Source: Spirogloea muscicola (Eukaryota). Taken from it: a stretch of DNA of 54,925 nt. The stretch spans positions 692,391-747,315 of the forward strand of contig WELB01000015.1 of the NCBI GenBank assembly GCA_009602725.1. Reading direction: 5' to 3'. Shown in pieces: positions 47,137-54,925 of the stretch. The notes beneath the pieces were generated by a model. It was given only the letters and a program-made list of their open reading frames with translations. It searched no databases and was not told the DNA's origin. Positions within the stretch are counted from its first letter, which is position 1; the number at the start of each line of letters is the position of its first letter. Made by a program: the position numbers and the translations under genes.

Positions 47137-50100
47137 GGTTACAAGTAGAGAAGTGCACCATATTTTTGGCTTGAGAGAGCGATGAAGGTTGATGAAGGGA
47201 TGTGAACAAGATGTTAAGCTCGTCCAGGGAGCAGGACACACACTGTCATTCGGGCACACGCTATGACTGCCAATCCGGTACTTAAGATTGTCAAAGATTG
47301 TGTCGATGACGTTGATCTGTTGAAGTACTACAAGTGTTAGTGTGGTGGGGTGATAATGTGACGACTGCAATGACGAATTATTGGCATCATGCCAGGTGCA
47401 CCCAAACAACAGCGATGTGCACGCGAAAATAAGGAAAGCACTCAACTACCAGTGCGATGGCCAAGCAGGCTGTTCTTGATAGTATTGGAGGCGGCATGAG
47501 CCACGTCACATCCACACGATACAAGGTTGTTGCAACCACCGCAGTCTTGAAAAACGCGTCTGACTGCCTCCACAGCTCATGTTGGAGTGCCGAACCTGTG
47601 CATTGGAATGCTTGGCAGATCTGCCCTTGCGTAACGCTCTCATGCAACTGCTAATCTCTCAGAGCGCTCCGCTTTCAGCGTTCATCTCCCAGGCTTCTAC
47701 CACTTTCACTGGCTACTAGCAGATGAGGGCAGTCCCTGCACGACACTGGCTCCTTGTACGCCAATTATTGCCACCAGGGCACCCTCATACTGGATCAAGC
47801 TCAGGAGCAAGATGGATGAATGTTGGCTGATTTAGGATGCAAGCATTCAAGGGCTGTGACAATGTGAAGCTAGTCCTTGCTGCGAGGCAGGTTTGGCACG
47901 GCGCTGCGGGCTTATCATGCAGATAAGGCATCACGGGCAGCAGAGCAAGCAGCCCGGCTTCAGTTCCGCCAGGTCGCTCGCTCTAGTTTTGCATGCGCCT
48001 CTCCAACCTGCGAAATCTCCAGCGGTCCGTGGCCCACGCCTTGCATCTGCGTGCTGGCCGTGCTCTAGCTGCAGCCTCTGGCTTTTGTCAAGGGGATTGC
48101 TTTCCGGCGTTAAGTCTTTCTGACTTGCGGCTCCTGAGTCCAGTCCACAATGTGATTATTCTGCCGAGAAAGCTTTGGGACAGCGCTTTTCGGCCCCTTT
48201 GGACCTTGTCAAACGTTCCTCGGGCTGGCTGTTCACAGCCCTTGCCCCCTTTGGAAGAGAAGACGCTTCCAGGAGAGGGCGGTGGCTGTGAGAGGCCAGC
48301 GCAAAGGAATGGACAAGGTCCGAAGGAGCCGGATGGCGCAAAAAAGCCAGGTACTTGAGTGCTAAGGCGGCAACAAGGGGGCAAGGGGAAAAGCACCCGT
48401 CCCCCGGCGCATGGTCCGCATGTTTCAAGCTCCTTGGCCGGGGCGGCGCAGGCCACCGCATGCCCCGCCTTGGAGGCAGAGGGCGTGGAGAGAAGGGCTC
48501 GCCCATTGGGGATATGGGCTGGAAAAAGCCAGCCCAAAAGAGAATGAACAAAGGACGAGAAGGGCCAGGGGAACAAAGTGCTCGCCCATAGAGAAGCACT
48601 GAGGAAAAGCAAGCACAAAAAGGAAACAGCTAAGCAGCTAAGCAGCTACGAAGCACTCAGTAACCCCTGCTAAGCAGCCTCAGGTCAGAGAGGGACTGGG
48701 TTCCTGGAAGCGGGGCCCCTGGCCAAAGCCAGAGGCAGCAGCGAGGACTCTGCCGGCACGCAGGTGCAATGCGCGGGCCTTGGACCTCTGCAGCGAGACG
48801 GCCAAGTGCATGCGACCCGGCTGCATGAAGTCCACCGGCTGCGCATGGAAGCGGCGGACAATGGCGTGACGTGAGAGCTGGTTGAGCAGCTCGAGCCACC
48901 GAGCGCCCATCGCCCATCGTGGAGGAAAGAATTCGCAGCCTCTACCTTATATTGGAAGAGTTATTTGCGTCCAAAGGGGCCGACAAGCGCTCTAAAAGAC
49001 ATGATCAAGTAAGGGCCATGTAGGAACATCACGTAGGAATCTCTACTTAGTAGCCCCGCAAATAGAAGGGGCCTGAAGAAGTTATGGCAGTACGAGGGGA
49101 GGATGGACCACTCAGTCGGTACGAGTGAGGAGCCTCAAATACGACAGACTAGCTGCCGGAAAGAAAACTATCCCCCTGACAAAAGCCGGAGGCCGCAGCG
49201 AGAGCACGGCCAGCACGCAGATGCAAGGCTTGGGCCATGGACCGCCGAAGAAGTGGCACTCCCAATGGGGGCAAGGGCTGCGAAAAGCCAGCCCAAGAAG
49301 AACTGACAAAGGTTTGGAGGGGCCTTCAAGCGACTAGCAGCTACAAAGGGGCCGGAAGATGCTATGTCAGAACAGGGGAAGGATGGATCACTCAGCAGGT
49401 ACGAGTGAGTAGCCTCAGATCCGACAAACTAGCTGCCGGGAAACTATCCCCCTGACGAAAGCCGGAGGCCGCAGCGAGAGCACGGCCAGCACGCAGATGC
49501 AGAGCGTGGGCCATGGACCGCTGAAGGGATTCTGACAATCAAGCGGGAGAGCAGTGCTCGCCCATTGAGAAGAGGGGCTGGCAAACAAAAGCGAGCCCAA
49601 AACGAATGGACAAGAATGGCCACTTTCGCCTTACGCTTTTGATCCCTCCGCTGCTGGTGGAAGCTGGACCGCCGCGAGCCGCCCCGCGTCTGCGGGGTTG
49701 ACCCCCGTTGACCCTGCCGCGTCAGCAGATCACGTGCGACCCTTGTCGCGACGTGCCGGCCGACACGTCGGCAGCCGCCGGCGCGGATCGCGGCGGCAGC
49801 GGCGGCGCCGCGCGCGGAGATGCGAGTCATGCACGACTGCTGTGGTGGCGGCGGCGGCCGCCGTGTGGTCACAGCAAGCCGTCGCCGGGCCCCGCGGCGC
49901 CTAGGCCCGCCTGGCGAAAGCGCAGTGAGAATCATCGAGTTTGAGAAACTAGCTCTTCCTCGGCCATCGCCTCCAACATCGACCATTGCCCCCGTTGGGA
50001 GTACCTTGTTGAGCACTTTGTTGAGTACCCACTTCTTCATGATATCTTCCTTCGAGAGAGACGCTTCCAGGAGAAGAAGAAATGGGCTCGCCCATTGAAA

Positions 50101-50242
50101 GAAGTGGCACTCCCAATGGGGGCAAGGGCTGCGAAAAGCCAGCCCAAAAAGAATTCACAAAGGTTCAGAGGGGCCTAAGAGTGGTGAGCAGCTACAAAGG
50201 GGCCTGAGGATGCTATGGTAAAACCAGGGGAGGATGGATCAC

Positions 50243-50880
50243 TCAGTAATGACGAGTGAGGAGCCTCAGATCCGACAGACTAGCTGCCGGGAAGCTATCA
50301 CCCTGACGAAAGCCAGAGCCCGCAGCGAGAGCACGGCCAGCTCGCAGATGCAGAGCGTGGGCCATGGACCGCTGCAGGGATACAGAGAGGCGCATCCGAT
50401 ATACCTGAGCCCACGAGCCCGCGGCGTTGAAGTCGGCTGGCTCGCCGCGTCTGCGGGACACAGCCCGCCGCGCAAGCCTAGCCAATAGGTCAAGCCACTG
50501 GGACCCAAGAGCCCCGTGCACGTCCACCGCCAAGGGGACGAACTCGTCGGCAGGTGGGTGGTCGGAGTGCTTGGCCGCCTTGCAGCGAGCGGCCTTCGAG
50601 GCAGCGTGGCCGGCCCGCGAGGCAGAGAGCCCCAGGTTGGAGCGGTCGACCACATCGGTGGTGACTACATCTGCTATGATCCGCGCGCCACCTCCCAGCG
50701 TGGACGCCACCAGGTCCACACGACGCATATGGTGTCCGTCAGCCCTCTCGAGGATGAGCATGACCGAGGCGTTCTCCATCGCCACCGTGTAGCCCGCCTC
50801 CTTAAAGATCCCGAACATAGCATCACGCAAGAGATCGTGCGCAGCTGTTCGTTCGCCTCCAGTGGCGCAGCGGATATGGG
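50243..50880 (-). pseudogene. C-terminal restriction-like endonuclease (RLE) domain fragment of a CRE-like non-LTR retrotransposon
   Basis: RCATGGERTAAHDLLRD..E..RRVDLV..ADV..GHAASKAARCKAAKH..FVPLAVDVHGALG..RLSVSLQRSMA follows the Zn-knuckle-end/HD/E/PD-D/KxxKY/FxP motif order of RLE elements. No RT domain is present. Confidence 0.85.
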
Positions 50881-51864
50881 CGAGCCCTTTCCGAATGGGG
50901 GCAAAGGGCTGTGAAATGCCAGCCCGAAAAGAATTGACAATGGTTCGAAGGGGCCAAAAACCGCCGCTTAGCAGCGACGAAGGGGCAAGAAGAAGGGGCC
51001 TGAAAGCCGCTTCCAGTACACAGTGACTCGCGAGAACGTGTTGGAGGCGGCCCAATGCGCGCCTCCGAGCTCGTGGGGCGAGCAAGTTAGCCAATAATGG
51101 CGGCCCGGCCAGGTCGGCGAGCGCGTCCCAGCCTGCGGTGTGCGCAGGTCGGCGCCAAGCGCTGGGGAGGCCGGCGCGGCAGCGGCGGCGATGAGACTTC
51201 GGGGAGAGAGAGAAGGCGCGCGGTGCGCGGGGAGAGGGTGGGGTTTTGGGTCATCTCTTCTGCCTCAGCTCACTGTCGCTGGGGGCGGGGTTTCTAAGGT
51301 GGGGGAGAGATATGAGGGAGGGAGAGAGAGAGGGGAGGGAGCGAGACGGGGAGGCGAGCGCGAGAGCGATGGGGGCGAGTTGGTGAGGGAGGTTGGCACG
51401 GCGGGAAAAGCTGGGGGAGGGAGGGCATGGTGACGGCACCCACCGACAGGCTAGCAATGCTGGCCAATCACAGCCATCGCCCTTTATTGGAAAGGATGTC
51501 GTGTGTTTGGTTAAACAAGCGAAGGCGAAGGGCAAATGGCCACGTACAAAGGGCAAGCAGCACATCATGTATGTAGGTCTGAAGACCTACATACATAACC
51601 CTACAGCGAGAGAAGGCGCGCGGGGCGCATGAATGGAAAGGGAGGCCAATTCAAGCCAATACATTGTTCAGGCAAAGTCGAGTGCAGACTAAACAAGGCT
51701 ACATGATACGGAGACCTAATCTAAGGTACCTAAGGTGACATTAGAGTAGAAGGCTCGCCCATAAAGAAAGAGGGGCTGGCAAAGCCAGCCCAAAAAGAAT
51801 GGACAATGTCCAAAGCCGAAGGATGAGAAGCCGAGGAAGGACTACATTGAAGAAAGAAGAAAGT

Positions 51865-52208
51865 GCTCGCCCATTGAGGATAGGGGCTGGACAAGCCAGC
51901 CCAAAAAAGAATGAACAAAGAACGAGAAGGGGGCCAGAGGAAGCGCTAAGAAACCAAAGCACACAAATAAATAAAGCAGCTACAAATTACTCAGTAACCC
52001 CTGCTAAGCAGCCGCAAATCAGAGAATTCTTTTTCTTAATCAGAGAGGCTGGCTTTTGCGGCTGCTTAGCAGGGGTTACTGAGTGATTTGTAGCTGCTTT
52101 ATTTATTTGTGTGCTTTGGTTTCTTAGCGCTTCCTCTGGCCCCCTTCTCGTTCTTTGTTCATTCTTTTTTGGGCTGGCTTGTCCAGCCCCTATCCTCAAT
52201 GGGCGAGC
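51865..52208. repeat. Near-perfect inverted repeat made of two retroelement 3' ends
   Basis: Arms 51865-52018 and 52055-52208 are 154 bp each with one mismatch seen; the spacer is 36 bp. Confidence 0.95.
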
Positions 52209-53104
52209 CCTTTCTTCTTTTCGCAGCCCTTGCCCCCATGAGGAGTGCCACTTCTCACAGCCATTGCCGTCCATTGGAAGAGCTGGTTCTATTCTCACAG
52301 CCATCGCCCACTTCAGGAGCTGTCACTGACGGCTGGGGAAGAAGTGGCACTCCCAATGGGGGCAAGGGCTGCGAAAGAGAGAGCAGGGAGGGTGGGAGGT
52401 AGGAGAAAGCGGCTGCTGATATGAAAGAATCGGCTGTGAAAGGGGAGGGCTGAGGACCGGCGCGGGGGAGAGAGAGAGAGAGAGGCAGGGAAGGCAGGAC
52501 CTCGGGGCAGCAGAGAGGCCTCACGCTGCTACTGGCCTGAGCGCGCTGCCCAGGCGAGCCTCAGTCGCAGGCCGTGCTGCGCGACAGAGACGAGCGCAGG
52601 AGCGCAGTCAGGTTTGGGAAGTGCGCTGCCGTCTTTGCAGCCACAGAGGTGCCGGGGCCATGCCTCCATGTCCGCGCAGGCTGGGGCGCGGCCCTGCACC
52701 GAGTGCTCGAGCGGCACCGACGGCCTGCCCTTAGAGCTTGGCCGGCAGGTGCCGCCAGCGTCGCTGGGCGCCGCTGTGGACACGCGAGCTGGAAGCTGGG
52801 CCGCACTTGGAACAGCTTCAAGGGCCGCCAACGACAAGGTGGAGCGACCGCCAGACTGGACCAGCGGACGACGAAATCCGGCGAACGGCTCGCTGCCTGC
52901 AAGGCCCGGCTCGTGGACTGCAGGCAAGAGACTTGTCGCAGATTACACGGCATTGTGACACAGTGCTGCAGACATGCTCGTGAGCTGACCGCCCGCAGTC
53001 CTGCCTTGTAGACCCACAACGACCTGTTGGCCAACGAGAGTCTGCAAGCTCCGTGAAGCCCTCCAGGCTTCCAGACAGGCAGATGCGAGTCGCCTTGGTC
53101 TGCC

Positions 53105-54925
53105 ATGAAGCCATTCCATGGTGGCGCTCGCCGCGCCAGGCTGGCGTTGCAGCTGCTGCTCTGCCTCGCAGCTCTCTGCGTTCCTGTGGACGGCCTGGTG
53201 AATGCTGCACACGCTTGTGACTGCTGCTGCAAGGATGACGCCGGCTGGAAAGTTGCTCTGGACACGTACCCAGTTGAAACACCAGTTATCTCTAGCATTC
53301 TTAAGCTCAGTCCACCAGTTGCAGCTGTGCCATCAGTTAGTTGATGATTTAGGGTCTTACTTATGTCCCCGTGCCTGTGACTGACCAGCTCTGCAGCTTA
53401 CTCGGTGTCACGGACTTACTTGTGGCCATCGGCCTGCTCAGCGCGCCATCAGTCTTGCAAAGCATCAGCCCCACAGCCACGGCCCTCTGTCGAGTGGACG
53501 GGACGGTGTCGGACCTTCAATGCTTGTGCAGCGATACGCTCGGTGGTGACATAACGCAGGTATGCTACCGTCAGCTTTATACTGTCAGTCTGCTTCTACT
53601 CTTCTTACGTACACAGCTACTTGCAGGCGATGACCTGGCAACTTGCATCGACTGTGCCTGAACCAAGATCTTGGAGCTGTTCAATCTGATCAGCCTGAGC
53701 TGCCAGGTGACGCAAGTTGTTGGAAAACAAATGCAGACACCAGGCGTGGTAATATTTGATGACTAGAATTGGTGCATGTCTTTGTCAGCTGTCTGCTGAG
53801 CTTGCAGCGCGAGATGTCAACCTTATACTAGGCCTCAACAAGTGCAACTTTGCAGTCTACTACGAAGATGTATCTGGGAATTGCTTCCTGTTCACAGGTG
53901 GGGCACCGCAGAAGACTTAACATGCTGATATACGTGCTACGGTGATAGCAGTCCACTCATCTATAATCACCCAGGCTTGCGCAACTCAGTAGCACATTCT
54001 CGTGGTGCAGATTCTGCAAGCATGACTCCTCTTTCAGCCTGCTTGGCTTGCCACAATGGTGACTTCTGATGGCACGTCAGTCATTTTCCATGCCGCACTT
54101 GTGGTTCCTTGATGCTGATGCTGATGAGAAGCCATTGCTGTTTGTCCGGGACTCAGCGTTTGCCCCATTCCCACCACCACCGCCGCCGCCCCCACCGCCA
54201 CCGCGGCCACCACCCCCGCGATCTCCGCCACCGTTGCCTCCACCTCCGCCTCCTCCCCAGCCACCTCCGTCACCTCCACTGCCGCCGCCACCACCTCGAC
54301 CTCCACCACCATCGCCTCCATCTCCACCTCCTCCGCCGCCATCGCCTCCGCTGCCGCCGCCGCCGCCTGGGCCTCCGCCACCACTGTCACCACCTCCACC
54401 TCCTCCGCCGCCACCTCTGTCGCCGCCGCCGCCGCCGCCGCCGCCGCCTGCGCCTCCGCCACCATTGCCACCAGCTCCGCCTCCTCCGCCGCCACCTCCA
54501 TCGCCTCCGCTGCCGCCGCCGCCGCCTGGGCCTCCGCCACCACTGTCACCACCTCCACCTCCTCCGCCGCCACCTCTGTCGCCGCCGCCGCCGCCGCCGC
54601 CGCCGCCTGCGCCTCCGCCACCATTGCCACCAGCTCCGCCTCCTCCGCCGCCACCTCCATCGCCTCCGCTGCCGCCGCCGCCGCCTGGGCCTCCGCCACC
54701 ACTGTCACCACCTCCACCTCCTCCGCCGCCACCTCTGTCGCCGCCGCCGCCGCCGCCGCCGCCGCCTGCGCCTCCGCCACCATTGCCACCAGCTCCGCCT
54801 CCTCCGCCGCCACCTCCATCGCCTCCGCTGCCGCCGCCGCCGCCTGGGCCTCCGCCACCACTGTCAACACCTCCACCTCCTCCGCCGCCACCTCCGTCGC
54901 CGCCGCCGCCGCCGCCGCCGCCGCC
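53105..54925 (+). CDS. Putative secreted extensin-like/proline-rich glycoprotein (partial; exon chain uncertain)
   Basis: Signal-like MKPFHGGARRARLALQLLLCLAALCVPVDG, a Cys-containing exon at 53397-53559, and a + frame open from 54132 to the window end reading PFPPPPPPPPPPPRPPPPRSPPPLPPP..SPPPPPPP. Confidence 0.55.
54340..54925 (+). repeat. 159-bp tandem repeat (78+81 bp subunits), more than 3.5 copies
   Basis: The marker ACCATTGCCACCAGCTCC recurs at 54461, 54620 and 54779. Confidence 0.92.

Larger units (their letters stand above)
47985..52445. mobile_element. Large nest of 5'-truncated RLE-type non-LTR retrotransposon fragments in both orientations
   Basis: The ORF tail LQRSxAHALHLRAGRxLAAASG..SLSDLRLL occurs at 48015-48140 (+) and at 48657-48910, 49112-49245, 49395-49522 and 50243-50880 (all -). 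About 15 hairpin 3' ends are also present. Confidence 0.88.

Noticed and set aside
47140..47880. ORFs downstream of LeuRS
   Set aside because: They have no recognisable product and are likely 3' UTR or intergenic.
50881..51094. N-terminal part of the 283-aa ORF
   Set aside because: It consists of another element's 3' UTR/hairpin and flank that happen to be in frame; it is not retrotransposon coding sequence.
52529..53300. Several 110-245-aa ORFs on both strands
   Set aside because: These are GC-rich chance ORFs with no motifs or coherent splice pattern.
54034..54891. 285-aa Ala/Glu/Val-rich minus-strand ORF
   Set aside because: It is the antisense shadow of the + strand poly-proline repeat.

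Overview
Eukaryotic, intron-rich, gene-dense DNA from a green-lineage organism; a streptophyte alga is my inference from the plastid-protein genes, GC-rich 5' exons and TTTAGGG-like repeats. There are four assembly gaps, all at gene 5' ends. I traced these spliced genes by hand: plastid SecY2 (SCY2, +), an uncharacterised gene (-), RPL24 (+), a small secreted acidic protein (+), PsbP-like PPL1 (-), a phytoene-desaturase/amine-oxidase-family FAD oxidoreductase (+), mitochondrial adrenodoxin reductase (-), a Mut-7/EXD3-type exonuclease (+), PTRHD1 (-), cytosolic leucyl-tRNA synthetase (+) and a proline-rich extensin-like gene (+, runs off the window). Three observations stand out. (1) The LeuRS splices in frame into four extra exons encoding an apparently complete C-terminal GST-like domain. 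(2) A ~740-nt imperfect rod-like hairpin fills one intron. (3) Dense stacks of 5'-truncated RLE-type (CRE-like) retrotransposon 3' ends share a GGGCTGG..CAGCC hairpin terminus, and include a near-perfect palindrome of two outward-facing ends and a nested 61-bp insertion with a 9-bp TSD. Exon coordinates come from reading splice signals and frames by eye; no searches were run.
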